Shown here piece by piece: positions 14,019 through 27,558 of a stretch of 64,000 nt of DNA (positions within the stretch are counted from its first letter, which is position 1; each line of letters opens with the position of its first letter). The notes under the pieces were generated by a model, which saw nothing but the letters and a program-made list of their open reading frames with translations, had not been told where the DNA came from and searched no databases. The translations under genes were made by a program, and so were the position numbers. Source of the stretch: Eledone cirrhosa (Eukaryota); NCBI GenBank assembly GCA_964016885.1, contig OZ024740.1, positions 242,172,001-242,236,000 on the forward strand, in the 5' to 3' direction.

Positions 14019-14397
14019 TGCCTTTCATTTGAAAAGGAAAATCAGAGTAGAGAGGGAAGTGCTCTCTTCCCAGCATTTTCTTGAAAGATGGGTGAGAGAA
14101 GCAAGTAAGGCTCGAGTGAATGGGCCTACTCTGAGTATATGTCTGTAAATTAAAGGTGGAAAACTGGGAGAGGGCACTTGCCCTAGTGGTCAGGGTCACT
14201 GTGGCCTTTTAATGGGCTTTCTCCACAAATGTCCCTCCGAAGTCTCCCCCCTATTGGGGAATTTTTCATTGTTATTTTTTTGTTACATCCTCTGTTTTTG
14301 TTTTTACACGCAGAAATGCCCATTTGTACCGTCCTGTATTGTCCTGCACTGTCTTTAATGTCTACTTTATGTAAACCCTTGTGGTTAATAAAGAAAC
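14019..14397 (+). mobile_element. 3' end of a Tx1/L1-like LINE
   Basis: FHLKRKIRVEREVLSSQHFLERWV..ICL* then T-rich UTR and AATAAA; flanked by ~50-bp direct repeats. Confidence 0.6.
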
Positions 14398-14539
14398 AAT
14401 TATTATTATTATTGTTGTTGTCGCTGTTGTTTCGCCTTTCATCCTTACGGGATCGATAAAATAAAGCACCAGTAATGCACTGGGGTCGATTTAACCTAAA
14501 GTAGAAACAATTATCATTATGATAATGAATATTATTATT

Positions 14540-14770
14540 ATGTCTGGTTTATACAGTGAATATGATAATTAATGGTTCCTCTACTACCTCTCGGGTCTTC
14601 ACAAGAACCTTACACAGAGAGTACTTTCCTGAGTATATGGCCAGTGACCAAAAGGGCAGTCTTTTGTAGGAGAGCACTTTGTAATTCAAGGTATATTTGC
14701 TTAAGATGCCCTCAGTTTTCGTGGTATCAAGCCCAAAACTCTGATGAAAACTGCAATTATCTTCATGTTA
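14540..14770 (-). mobile_element. R4/Dong-like 3' fragment ending in (TAA)n
   Basis: LLQKTALLVTGHILRKVLSV* parallels LQKTCFLGTARTLRYVLNI* of the 11.8-13.9 kb element. Confidence 0.7.
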
Positions 14771-14812
14771 TTAGGTGGTATTGACCACATTCGTGCAATT
14801 TCGATCTTCAAG

Positions 14813-15147
14813 TATACAGTGTACACCCTGGATTCGCGGTCCCGGTTATTCGCGTAATTTTCTTCAGAACCTAACTAATAATCGTTCTTGGAAATCACTC
14901 CATATTTCATGGAATCGTAAATATCTTTCGCGATTTTTTAAATGTTTTTTAACGCTATATTATTTTAAACAATATACCGTATTTGCCGGCATATAAGACA
15001 CCCCATTCGCATTTTTTTAATTATATTTTACGTTATATTTTGACGTTTATAGACATTTTTATGGACCACGTACAATATTCGCGGTGTTTTACTCTCCGCG
15101 CGTGCTCTAGGAACATAAACTCCGCAAATACCGGGAGACAATTGTAT
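14813..15147. mobile_element. Degraded pogo/Tigger-like MITE
   Basis: Imperfect termini cagtgtacaccctggattcgcgg / ccgcaaataccgggagacaattg with TA flanks. Confidence 0.45.
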
Positions 15148-15275
15148 TTTGTTATTTTTTCTATTAATTTGAAGGCTATATAGTGATCTTCTGCGATGAT
15201 CTGCTATTCAAGATTATTTCTGTGCATAACTACAATATCAGGTATGTTGTGTTCAAGTCTGTGGTCTGTTTAGAT

Positions 15276-15556
15276 CAGTCATAGGCAACGCGAACTTTCT
15301 GACTGGCTCGCCTAAGTCACCTAAGTAAAATCTCTCTGATTTTTTTAGCCCAACTTTTCAATAGTAATTTATCTTTTTATCATTTTTACGATCGAGGAAA
15401 GCAGCGTGTACGAATTCTGAAGAAACAAATCAAAACAACCTGAGTTCCGCCCCTTTTTTTAATGTGGGCACGAATGTAAATTAGCGCTTGCGGCCCGCCT
15501 GATGATGAGCCATATCTCATGCGGCCCGCCTCTCGAAAAAAGGTTGCCCATGCCTG
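15276..15556. mobile_element. hAT (Charlie-like) MITE
   Basis: TIRs cagtcataggcaac / gttgcccatgcctg; perfect 8-bp TSD gtttagat at 15268-15275 and 15557-15564. Confidence 0.85.
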
Positions 15557-15627
15557 GTTTAGATAGTAAAGTCCCAGGGTATGTTGGCGTGTATTTGGTA
15601 TCAAAGCACTCTGAGGGACACGTTACT

Positions 15628-15702
15628 GCTACTTATAAGACAACCGATATCTACTACTTATAAGACAACCAATATCTACTACTTATAAGACAACCAATAT
15701 CC
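15628..15702. repeat. Minisatellite, 3 copies of ~ctacttataagacaacc(g/a)atat
   Basis: Direct inspection. Confidence 0.85.
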
Positions 15703-16039
15703 ATATTTTGTAAATTGACCAGTGAAGATAATCACAGACCTTGTTATATGTTCTTTTCTAATCTTTTTCAGTGAGCATTTTGAAAGCAATCACTGTGTGG
15801 ATGACACTTTCAGTATTAATTCCACACAGATTGCACTTCACACATTCACCAACTTAGTAGTCAATGCTTGGTGCTGGGTTGAGATCAGCAATGCTTCAGT
15901 CTCCATTTTTAGATCACCACGAGAGAGTCAATTCCATGACCTGTCAGTCTTTCATTAAGACTTTTGCTGTTCAAATTAGCTAGGCAATGTCTTTCCAACT
16001 GATGCTTCTCTTTTCTCCACATTCTTTTTTTATGTGACG

Positions 16040-16570
16040 CTAAACTCTGCCAGTTGCAGACTGCGCATCAACATGTGATATCTCTCTCCACAAAGTTCGA
16101 TCACTAGCAGCTGAGTTCAAAGAGCAAATATCAAGTCCAGTCCATAAGTTGACATTGTCAAGCCATCGTTTTGGCCGCCAACCTCTGCTTCTCTCACCAG
16201 CCAACCTTTCTTCCAGGCATAACCTACTCACACAACCACTTGATCTTTTTATACGGCCGTATAGTTTGAGTACTCTTGACTTGACAATTGATGTAATGGG
16301 TCTAAGTTTGGTAATGTTGAGCAGCCCACTGATACAGATACGATCGCTGAGCCGCTTGCCAGTCATAAGTCTCATGATGTGGTTCTAGAATGTAGAGAGT
16401 TTATGAAGTGACTTTGTCGTCCAATTAACACAGTCAAGACCATATAACACAACTGGTAGGATGTAAGTATCAAAGATCTTAGCCTTTAAATGATAGGAAA
16501 TTCGTTTTGGTGTTAGTACTTCCTTGGTCTTGTTGAAAGCTGCCCAACCTAGAGCGATTCGATATTGACC
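16040..16570 (-). mobile_element. RTE-clade LINE 3' fragment
   Basis: LKLYGRIKR..GERSRGWRPKRWLDNV..AASDRTLWR. Confidence 0.75.
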
Positions 16571-16579
16571 ATTCCATTG

Positions 16580-17550
16580 AAAAGGTTTTGGGGATGTTAC
16601 ACATCAACATTTTCCAAAACCTTTTCTCCGCATACTCGTCTCTTAATCCGTTCTTTCGTCTCCGTATTTCCCTTTTCTAGACCCAGTACTGTCGAGGTAT
16701 ACTTTAGAAGTCAACCGTTACTATTTTACAGGTAGTAATTAATGGCTCACTTCTCATTTTCGATACATTCTGTAACACCTATCTGTTCTCTTCCTCTAAC
16801 TGTGTGCTTCATGAACTGCCGATTTACATTTGTTTTTGGATGTAATGCATTATGTATTGTCATCATTTTTCTTGTTCTGCAGTCTATTTCATCAAGTTTA
16901 CCTTAGTTACTTGAGGATCCCACCGTATCACAGATACAGCCCATGGGTTTACAAGAAGAATCACATTTCTTGAATGCAGTTTGAACTTAGGTAGAAGTTT
17001 TAGCCTGTGTAAATATGTTTTTTACAATGATTTCATTATGCAATATCTCATCAATCTCCGGGACTCCTAAATATTTGAACACGTCATCACTTGGATCACA
17101 CAATCGTTCACCAGATGATAATTCATGCCAGTTACATGAGACTTTTTCTTTCCTCTTTAAAACTCCACATTTTGCGACGCGAATTTCCGTACTAATGCCC
17201 TAACTTCACCTTCGGATTGTTTGTACTGGCGATTTTAGTTGTGTTTCAGACTTTGTAAGCAGTTTCATATCTTCTATAATCAACATGTTGGTGCTTTAAA
17301 TATGGGTTAGTAGCATCTTTTCCTAACATATGCTATCCTCCCTTTCCTAAACACTAATGATATTGATATGAGAGCAATGGGGTAATGGAATCGTCATGAA
17401 AAACATCTCTCATTATGTTCAATTTGCCTAGAAATCTGTTATATCAGTACAAAATTAGTTCTCCAATCATTCATGATAGAATCTTTTAATTTGCTCAGAT
17501 TGCTCGCCACATGAAACATCTTCGTTCATTCAAGAACACACGAATGGATC
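16580..17550 (-). mobile_element. Highly degraded R4/Dong-like RT remnant
   Basis: FKYLGV and EIDCRTRKMMTIHNALHPK. Confidence 0.6.
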
Positions 17551-17912
17551 ATTCTCCGCAATGCACAATGACATCTGCTCGGTGATCAGAGTGAACAACA
17601 TCATGTGCTCGGTTCGCCAGAGATGTCCTCTATCGCCTCTGTTCTATGTATTGACTTTCCCATCAAACCAAAATTGCTGACCTTGTGCCTAAGTCAGAAA
17701 CCATTATTTCTGTTAAACAATTCAGTGTCCACAGCTGTAGTTTGTTCTCGTTTGTATCTTCAGTTTCCATTTGATCAATTTGCACTATGTGGGTCACTGA
17801 TTTTCCTATTACTCCACACAATCTCCACAATAAAGACCCTCCTCTATGGTCAATGTTGAATTTCATTTGGTTCGTAGTAAATGCTCCTCGACTGCACTCT
17901 TCAAATCTGATT

Positions 17913-17949
<37 letters not shown>

Positions 17950-18049
17950 CACGCATACACGCACCCTCCCCCTACACACACACACTCACACACTCACGCA
18001 TTATCTCATGTGTGAAAAGGTCTAGTGGGATTAACATTATTTGTTTGAG

Positions 18050-18243
18050 GGGTGTTGGTTGGCAGTATCGGTAGAGGGTCAGACGCCATGCTTTGCAGCA
18101 TAGAGTTACGTCCCTTTATGATCTGAGTTCAAATCCCGCCGAGGTTTACTTTGCCTTTCATCCTTACGGAGTCGATAAAATAAACTAACAGTAATGCACT
18201 GGGGTAATTGTTGGCCTTGCGCCAAAAGTAGAAAGAATTATTT
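18050..18243 (+). mobile_element. tRNA-derived SINE family 1
   Basis: A-box-like tggcagtatcgg, B-box gagttcaaatccc, conserved core and tail. Confidence 0.88.
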
Positions 18244-18538
18244 GTTTTGAGAAGAAGGAAAATTGTAAAATCGATGACCGTACGTACCGGCTGCAAGATC
18301 ATTATAGAATGTCTAGCTCCATAAAGAAAGAAGAAAAACTGAATTGTCTTTTCTCTTCAGTTAATTCTTAAACTGATTTCTGTTTTATCTTACCTTGCCT
18401 TGAACCCTAACTCCTGATAGAGTGGTGGGGAATTTTCGAGACATACAGCGTATGTTGAGCATTTAAACCTGGTGGGTGGCATCCCTCTCCAGATCTAACC
18501 ATATAAGATTTCTCAAAGAGAGAGAGAGAAAGTAAGAG

Positions 18539-18573
<35 letters not shown>

Positions 18574-19018
18574 ATGATGGGAAAATGGGAGTGAAAGAAA
18601 TTTACCGTAGTACTGAACTGTTATTTTATTTATCGACCGCAAAAAGCAAAGTTGATTTCAGTTCAATTTGAACCCTAAGTGCAAAGAGGCGAAAAATATA
18701 TCGCAAAATATTTTAAATGTCAATCTCGAAAAGCTGGGATTTTACAGCAAAGAAAGTGACTAACACCCGTAATGCAAATACAATATATAAGTGAATCAGT
18801 AAATATATACAAGACCTTCCAGAAGTTCAACATGTAACTCGTCACCGTTGTTGTTAACTAAATTACAGTAGTGGAGCTTTGTATATTTATTAGAAATTCG
18901 CTTTTGCTTTATATGGGAAAGGAAATTCAATTTTTTTATGAAAATAACATACATATATACATACATACATACATACATACATACATACATACATACATAC
19001 ATACATACATACATACAT

Positions 19019-20253
19019 TGAATGTTGCATCATATCTCTCCGACAACATCTACGAACCTCGAAGCGTAGGAGCTCGTTTCTCGAGCAAGTCTATCTGCAT
19101 GAAACAGATAAGATCATGAGAGTTGGGAAGGAACTCCTCGAGAGATATTCCCTGTGTGATAATAAAAAAACTCACACCCAGGGATGTCGCTCAGCAGTAT
19201 CGCAGTGAATCCATGGATGAAAAACTGCATGCCTATCAGCAAAAAATCATGCATGGAAATGTTGCCAGGAAGCTCCAGAGTGAGAGTAATATAGATAAGG
19301 AAAGTAGTCTATCTTGGACCAACAACCGCTATATTGACTCCCACTTTGAAGGGTACGCTTTTGCAATCCAGGAACAGGAGATTAACACGAAATACCTGAT
19401 TCACAAAAGAGATAGGGATGCAGGCAAAACACCTAGATGTGATAACAAGTGCAGACTCTGCAGAACTAACATCGAGGATATCAACCATGTCATCAGCAGC
19501 TGTCCAAAGATGTCATCGCGGTACTATCTACCTATGAGGCATGATGTAGTGGCCAAAACACTGTACAATGCAGTTCGTAAAAAGGATAGCCCCGATAATA
19601 AACACATTAAAAGCTACAGCAATGTGGAAGACATCAATGTACATAATATGAAAGAGTACTGGTGGAATTTTCCAGTAAAAACCCCAATAAAATGCAGGCA
19701 TAACAGACCAGATATTATTATATGGGACAGGGAGAAGAAAACATGCCCAGTAGTGGAAATTAGCTGCCCAGAAAATGCCAATATAATATCAAAGATTAGT
19801 GAAAAGGAGAATATTTATGCAGAACTGATGAGAAATCTGCAGATACTCCACCCTGATTACACCTTCAGATTTATGCCTGTGATTATTGGGGCACTGGGAT
19901 GTTAGTAACTGCCTCAATACAAATCTTGAGAAGCTGGGCTTCACAGGAACAGAAAGAACACAACTAGTTAGGAAATTACAAGTACAATCCATTAATGAAA
20001 CAGTAAAAATATGTAAAACATTCCCAAAATGTTGCATCTAATAACTGCATATACACATGTACAGATACAAAGCATATACACATGCACACTACAACTCAAA
20101 ACATCCACATCCACACATACAATAACATCCATATCTACATATACATACATACATATCTACCTAGTTGATTCCAATGAGAGAGTCTTGTGTCTATGTTAGA
20201 AACCGACTCTCTCTCTATTGGTAAAACTTTGTGAAATTATAAAACCAGAAGAA
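19019..20253 (+). mobile_element. R4/Dong-like LINE 3' half (subfamily A) in (CATA)n
   Basis: AIQEQEI, CRLCRTNIEDINHVISSC, RHD, RPDIIIWD..VEISCP, PVIIGALG; (ATAC)n on both flanks. Confidence 0.9.
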
Positions 20254-21499
20254 CATACATACACAAATACACAAATGCACATGTTTAGAATTGACGTCAG
20301 TGTTTGTATGCGCGATTGTTTTCACCGTTGTTTTGCACTTCTCTTATATAGGTCAAACTAAATGAACACTGTGGAAGACGGTCCCTTCTACTTTCTTCTA
20401 AAGAGCATAACAAATAGGTCGCTATCAATAAAATAATTTGGAGAACAATCGTATTCTTGAGAAGTTCGGTAGGTCTTATCTCGTAAAACTATACTAACAA
20501 ACTAACTGAACTTAGTCACACTGAGAAGGGAATCTAGAATCAGTGAACCACTACTTGCTCGAATAGTTGCTTCAGCATGGTTCCTTTGTCGTTATGCCAC
20601 ATAAGAGAGACAACTTCCTAGCAGCAAGATTAAACACGATAACAAGGGATTCCCTACATGATCGTTTGACCTGCTAGAAATAGCAGCCTTTAACTCCTTT
20701 TAACAACCTACACATTACGTTTTTTCTTTCTTCTTTTTTTTCCCGTTAAAACTCAAGCGCAAACCAGTCAAAACATCATTAATATTAAGTCATGCTTCGA
20801 GTAGAAGTGTATATTTAGGTATCGTGTGGTTCAAATTTGTTTTCCTGATAACAGATTTAATGCATCAAAAAGTTAATTAGAAATCCTTATGTGGTGAGAG
20901 AAAAACAACACTAGCTCGATGATTCATTTTGGCGAGTACGGGAGACAACTCTGAACGTATTCCGGCGAAGCATAAATTTCTCACTGAATATATATATGAC
21001 AGAAACACGTCCAGAATTGTATCTCACGTTTGCTCTGAAATCATTAAAATACTACAAGTCATTTAGCTAATGTTTTCTTTTACGCATCGCATACTTATTA
21101 CTATTCATTGAATTATATAATTTTTATTGGTAGTCTCACACCATTGTATCTCATAACTGGACTTGGTATTTCTAGTTATCTTTAACTATTCTCAGTTACA
21201 TAGTATCTTTAGCTATTGTCTGTCAAAACTCATAACATTTTTGGTGGTTTGTTATAATTACAATGAAGTTCGTGAGTTTGAATAAGTTTATGTGCCATGA
21301 GAAGCGGATACTGACGACATACATATCATGAGTCATGCCAACATACACATGTACATATATACAATAGAGACAATGATACAATGTCATATAACTAAACCAA
21401 CTATTCGATACACGTATACAGTAACTTGTTAAATGTCATATTATTACAAGTTTGTTGTATACTAAGTTTCTTAGCTACATGTAACTACAGAAATGTTGA

Positions 21500-22600
21500 C
21501 TTTAAGTTAACAATCGTGGAAGCCCTCACCATTTGTCTCCCCTCTCGCAAGGTTTCCCTGCGGGCATCTGTGACCTTGCCGCCTGCAAGGCACGACACGT
21601 GTTCATTCAGTTAAGTAACGCCTCCTAAGCAGCCAATCGCATCCATGTCCACTACCACATCAATTCCATTCACCACGTTGTCGATAACGATCGCCCGCAG
21701 CCTTATTTTTATTCCTCGTACCGTCATCTCCACCTCACTGCTACCTCTGCATCTAATCTCCCAGCCGTCGACTGCTCTTATGCTACTCATCCCGTTTCAC
21801 ATTTTAACCATCTCTGGGGTCACTGTGGTCGTTATGCAGCCCCTTCCACAGGGGCTCGTGACAACTGCCCACCCACCAGAACCTACATTACGAGCAACGA
21901 CGTCAAGAACGCCTCTACTTACTTCCGGGGGTAGCTATCGGTGCAGTAACTCCTCTTTGACCATTTCCCTTGTCGCAATTGTTGACCTGCCCATTTATAC
22001 CGGGAGCAAATTATTTCAGGCTTCAGCTCCTTGCAGTTCCTTGCCACGTGCAGACCCTGACACAAGAAGCATTGGGCTCAGAATTCCAGCAGCCGAGCAT
22101 TCACGGGGACTTTTCTCCCCATCGTCGTTCGTCGATCGCTGCCATCTGCTATGAACTTCCGTTGCAACATTCTGCTCAACGCCTCGCGTCACTACGCGGA
22201 CCAGTGTGATTAGCTCGCTCATGCCCATTTTACTGTTGCCCGACAACTGTTTGAGCCTCAACGAAATTTCGTCGAGAAAACCATTCACGAACGCAGTCCT
22301 CACAGTCTTTTCTAGATTGGCTAGTGTAGCCAACCTCCGAATATCAGCAGCGAACACGTCTTCCTGCTCCCCTATCTATCTCACTTTGCTTAGCTTGGCG
22401 AAAGCAGCTTGCAATCTCTCAGAGAAAGCTTCCTTATGGTGCTGCTCTATCTTATTCGCGTTCAATCGGTCTGCCAGGTCCATTTTCGTTGCCTTGTAGC
22501 ATAGCGATCAATTTTATCTTTCCAATCCAGGCGATAACATTCCACTCGCCGCTGAAGGCTTTGACTGCATCTCTACCTATTCTTATTTGTGTCGCCATAT
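21500..22600 (-). mobile_element. Gypsy-like gag-protease pseudogene fragment
   Basis: AFSGE, FAADIRRLATLA..TAFVNGF (gag-like); GCITTTV..IRAVDG..IDVVVDMDAI (retropepsin-like). Confidence 0.7.
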
Positions 22601-22624
22601 CGTGTGTGAGGTCGGAGAAAGTAA

Positions 22625-23070
22625 ATAATAATAATAATTGTTTCTACTTTTAGCACAAGGCCAGCAATTATCCAGTGCATTACTGGTACTTTATTTTGTC
22701 GACCCCGTAAGGATGAAAGACAAAGTTAACCTCGGCGGGATTTGAACTCAGAATGGCAAGGGCCGTAACTCAATGCGTCAAAGTATGGCGCCCGACCCTC
22801 TACCGATACTGCCAATCCACCGCCCTTCGCCATAATAATAATAATAATAATAATAATAATGGTTTCTTATATAGGCACAAGGCCAGCAATTTTGGGGAGG
22901 GGAAAATCGATTAAATCGACCCCAGTACGTTACTGGTGCTTTATTTTATCGACCCCGTAAGGATGAAAGGCAAAGTTAACCTCGGCGGGATTTGAACTCA
23001 GACTGTAAAGGACCGTAACTCTATGCTGCAAAGCATGGTGTCCGACTCTCTACCGATACTGCCAATCCAC
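22625..23070 (-). mobile_element. Two tandem copies of SINE family 1
   Basis: 22625-22824 and 22833-23070; the second has an extra gtcgatttaatcgattttcccctcccc segment. Confidence 0.9.
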
Positions 23071-24524
23071 ATAATAAAAACGCTGCCAAAATTGATGGTC
23101 GTAAAAGCGAAGGGACACAACTTTGTGTCTCCACACGTGTCCGAACAGAATCTCCCTGCAGGGTGTTCACCTATTTTGCGTCTGGCAAGAAAACCTAACA
23201 AATATCACATACTCATTCAGACTTGTCATTAAAAGGACGTCCGCACTCAATGCTGCCCATGGACCGAGAGAGAGAGGGACAGCCCACACTTCTGATGTGA
23301 TGTCACTGGACTCTCACTTCCAGCAAGACCTTCCTTGCACTTCCAACACCCTAATGGCTTTGCTAATTTGTTGCCTCTTAAATCCTTACTCAAAAGCTAG
23401 TAGATGATGTTCTTTAACTGGTTTAGCACTTCAAGTCAAAATCATTAGAATTATCTTTCCCATTTGTTAATTATCATATATATGAAATCTAATGTTTAAA
23501 ACCTATCTTTGTATGTAGCAAAAATATTTTCTTAGATATAAATCTTAAAACTGTTTGGAATAAACATCAGAGGGACAAGAAAACAGAATATATTCAAAGT
23601 ATGAAACAATTGAGTGTTACAGTCAACAAAATTGAAGGAATGGTGAACTTCCAGCGGAAGGCTCAATGATGGGAATTATGATATCGGGGCTGTGCATTGT
23701 GCTTGGAAAAAAATTAACCCTCAATACCTCTAACATTTAGCATCGAGGTCAGCTTTGCCTTTCATCCTTCCGAGATCGATAAAAGAAAGCACCAGTCAAG
23801 TACTGGGGTCGATATAATCAACTTTCCCCTCCCCACAAATCGTTTGTAAATTAGAAATAATTAATGGCAATTAATTTATTTGTGTGGCCGGTAAACATAA
23901 TATGATCAAACGCTTTTCAGCTTTAATCATCCCATTTTTTTAGTCACAGTGCACTCAGAACCATGTTACCAACGAATCTAAGACAGTATAAGATAATTTG
24001 AAGGACATTTAGCTGTTATTTCTAGCAGGTAGTATGACCACGTAAATGTTTCTTAGCTTAAACACAATATGTATTATCAAAATGTCAACTTCACCGTGCT
24101 CATTGGTTAAATCTAGATCTAAATATGTTCATAGCTACAAACAGGCAACACAAGGTCGGACAGCTCTCTGTTGCAAGCAGAGAAATTGCTAAGTTGTTTA
24201 CAGTACTGAGTTCAAAACTTTCTATGGGTTAAACAAGTTAGAGCCGAATTTGTTCCACCAAATTTACAAAGATACAATTAGACAAAGCCATATTAGTTTC
24301 ATGCTTGTTTGAAAAGGAAAAACAACTTCGATCAACTGGACGTTAGTCCTTCATCGGGAATGAAGAATGTTAAGAGAAAAAGGGGATTTGAAGGTCGAAG
24401 AAAAACAAATAGGTTTTATCAGGATGGGTAAAGTGGTCAAGCAAGCAATTCGACGTGCGCAAGAAGGGTGAGGTGATTGCAGAGCGTCTGGCTCTATCAC
24501 TGGAGCTGATATATGCTATATATG

Positions 24525-24632
<108 letters not shown>

Positions 24633-25231
24633 TGTCTGTCTGTCTATCTGTCTGTGTCTTGGTGTGTGTGTGTCTGTGTTTTTGTGTGTTTGTACGTGTC
24701 CTTTCCGATGTCAAAGTCTAATCAGGAGCAGTCAGCAATCTTTTCTCCAACCATCCATCCAACATTTTTCAGGAAAATGTCAAACTGGTCTACTCTAATT
24801 GAAAAGGATAGTAATGTTCTGAGAAAATTGAAGATATGTCACAATTTGCATTACAATATTTTGTTTTGTTTTCCCTGTGACTAGATATCAGGTTTTAAAT
24901 ATTTTTACTCCATTATAAACCTCAGATAGTCATCTATTATAACAATGGCACCTCATGTTTGACAGTTATATATTTATTTCTTCTCTAATTGGCTTCCATA
25001 GTATGTTCCGTTGTATAAGTTTTCAAATAATTTCTTCGCTTTTGTTTTGTCACTTCTTCCACAAACACAATAATTGTAGTAAAGATATAAAAATATATAT
25101 TTCAGACATGCATATATTTTACCCAAAAACCTGCTGCCTTCCAAAATATTTGTACTGGGTCGAGAATTTGTGAGTCAAGATCAAATAGGCTGAGTTTGTG
25201 TAGCTATACATCTATTGTATGTATGTATGTA

Positions 25232-25412
25232 TGTTATCTCTTTCTCTTAATTTCGAGTATATTTTTTTTGACCGGCCACCCTCCTGCTGGCAAGGTTGTA
25301 AAAGAAAAGAAATTGTCATCCCTTGAATCGCAAGAATGTTTTGCAAATTTTGAAGGTGCCAGCTATCGCAGCCATTTGTAGACTATGAATTAGGGAGCTG
25401 CGCTTTTTGTCC
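25232..25412 (-). mobile_element. R4/Dong-like 3' end (subfamily B)
   Basis: SSLIHSLQMAAIAGTFKICKTFLRF; matches 31795-31975; (TATG)n flanks. Confidence 0.8.
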
Positions 25413-25452
25413 GTATGTATGTATGTATGTATGTATGTATGTATGTATGTAT

Positions 25453-25996
25453 GTCGCATGGTCGGGTCGTCGGCGACTAAACCGGCAACCCCACCAAGTT
25501 TACTTGGTGAGGAGGTGATTTGGACACCCTGCAGGACAAAAAACAAAACCTGACAAAGGGCGGAAGAACTCATAAGGGTCAACGGCCATCCATAAGTGTG
25601 TAAATATGTATACACACATGTACATATGTATGTATATGTATGTGTGTATATACAAGGGTGCATGTGTATGTATATGCGCGGGGACATAGAAATAGTCGGG
25701 CTGGAGTGAAGGACCCCTAGCCTTTGTCAGGGCATTCTTCTAGGAGAAGGCAACTCAGGAAACTGGGATAACTCCGATATAAAACCTGCGGCTCAGTAGT
25801 TACCGATGATGTTGATCTTTTCTTCTTTTCGAGTTATAGCTACTGTCGCTAAGAGAGTGGGATTGGCTCAGTGCATAGTCTTTCCTCACTTTAAAAAAAT
25901 CTTCACGCACAGGCATTGCACGATAGAATTAATTAATAATTATTAATAATGGTATATCGTGCAATGGCCATACTCGATAACGAGGGGCAGCCATCA
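25453..25996 (+). mobile_element. Non-autonomous RTE-related element
   Basis: Closely similar to 31265-31750; ends ggcagccatc-(atgt)n. Confidence 0.75.
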
Positions 25997-26057
25997 TGTA
26001 TGTATGAGTGTATGTATGTATACATGTGTGTATGCATGTATGCATCTATGTATGTAT

Positions 26058-26378
26058 GTTGTTCTGGTTTTATAATTTTATAAATGTTTACCAATAGAGA
26101 AAGAGTCGTTTTCTAACTTAGATACAAGACTCTCTCATTGGTATTTATACATCAACTAGGTAGATATGTCTGTATGTCTGAATGCATGTGTGTGTGTGTG
26201 CAGGTATGGATGTTATTATCTGTGTGGATGTGAATGTTTTGAGTTATATGTGTGCATGTGCATATGCTTTTTATGTGAACATGTGTACATGCAGTTATTA
26301 GATGCAGAATGTTTGGAATGTTTTACATATTTTTACTGTTCCATTAATGGATTGTACTTGTAATTTCCTAACTAGTGT
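26058..26378 (-). mobile_element. R4/Dong-like subfamily A 3' end
   Basis: Reverse complement matches 19960-20253. Confidence 0.85.
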
Positions 26379-26446
26379 TCTTTCTTATGTATGCTATCTT
26401 TCCTTTTTTAATTATGTGTATTCTTCCTATAAAGAAAATGTTGGTT

Positions 26447-27467
26447 TGAAAACATACTTACGTATCAACAAAGGGAGTATTAGCAGAACATTGCCTTCAA
26501 AGCATCCACCACGAGAAAGCATAACAGGCTTAGTACTGTTTCTTTTTTATAGAAAAATCGAAAAGAAAAAATATGAATGGATACAGGGTCAAGTTGCCGT
26601 GTTGACGTGAAGACTTCTTTCAAAATTAGTGAGAAGGAGAATATATACAAATACCTGCTTGGAAACCTATAATTTCTCTACCATGTTTATAAATTCACAT
26701 TTATACCGATAGTTATTAGTGAAAAAAAGCAAATACTATCTGTAAGCGGAAGAGTAAGTTTATACAAAGTTTTGTTGTTGTAGTCCAAATACCAAAGAAT
26801 AAAGCTCCACTGCTGGAATTTGGACTACAACAACAAGACTTTGTATAAACTTACTCTTCCGCTTATGGATAGTATTTGCTTTTTTTGAGATTGCCGCATA
26901 GCTATTTACTAACTTAGCCAGTTTCACTAATAACTATCGGTATAAATGTGAATTTATAAACATGGTAGAGAAATGTATAGGTTTCCAAGCAGGTATTTGT
27001 AGACATTCTCCTTCTCACTAATTTTGAAAGAAGTCTTCACGTCAACACGGCAGCTTGACTCTATGTCCATTCATATTTTTTCTTTTCGATTTTTCTATAA
27101 AAAAGAAACAGTACTAAGCCTGTTATGCTTTCTCGTGGTGGATGTTTTGAAGGCAATGTTCTGCTAATACTCCCTTTGTTGATACGTAGGTATGTTTTCA
27201 AGAACAGAAGTATTCTCTTAATCTATCCCATGGCAGATTTTCCTACGGAGTGTATTGTACACTGTTTTAGCAACAACATCATACCTGGTTGGAAGATAGT
27301 ATACTAATGAAAGTTTTGGGTAGCTGCTCATCTTATGTGTACTACCTTCCACAGAAACAATATGTGATAATTGACATTTTTGGCAACACATTGCGGACTT
27401 AAGTGCTTTGCTGTCGCTTTGTATATTAGATGCTCTTTGGTCTCAGCTGAAAAAAACTCTCTAAGAG

Positions 27468-27468
<1 letters not shown>
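26447..27468. mobile_element. R4/Dong-like remnant (minus) with a ~345-bp fold-back inverted duplication
   Basis: 26447-26790 mirrors 26817-27200; minus frames give YYLPTRYDVVAKTVYNTLRRK and KISEKENVY. Confidence 0.8.
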
Positions 27469-27500
<32 letters not shown>

Positions 27501-27526
27501 TGTATGTATGTATGTATGTATGTATG

Positions 27527-27557
<31 letters not shown>

Positions 27558-27558
<1 letters not shown>

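Noticed and set aside
15628-15702. CRISPR-like short repeats
   Set aside because: Contiguous minisatellite with no spacers, in a eukaryotic context with no cas genes
18050-18140. tRNA-like A/B boxes (also 44762, 49942, 58650)
   Set aside because: SINE heads or remnants; no cloverleaf could be built
20945-21020. HHR-like GAAACACGTC with a flanking complementary stem
   Set aside because: No CUGANGA correctly placed after stem I
24320-24360. Minus-strand CCGATGA-AGGAC-TAAC-GTCC hammerhead-like start
   Set aside because: GAAA, stem III and stem I cannot be completed
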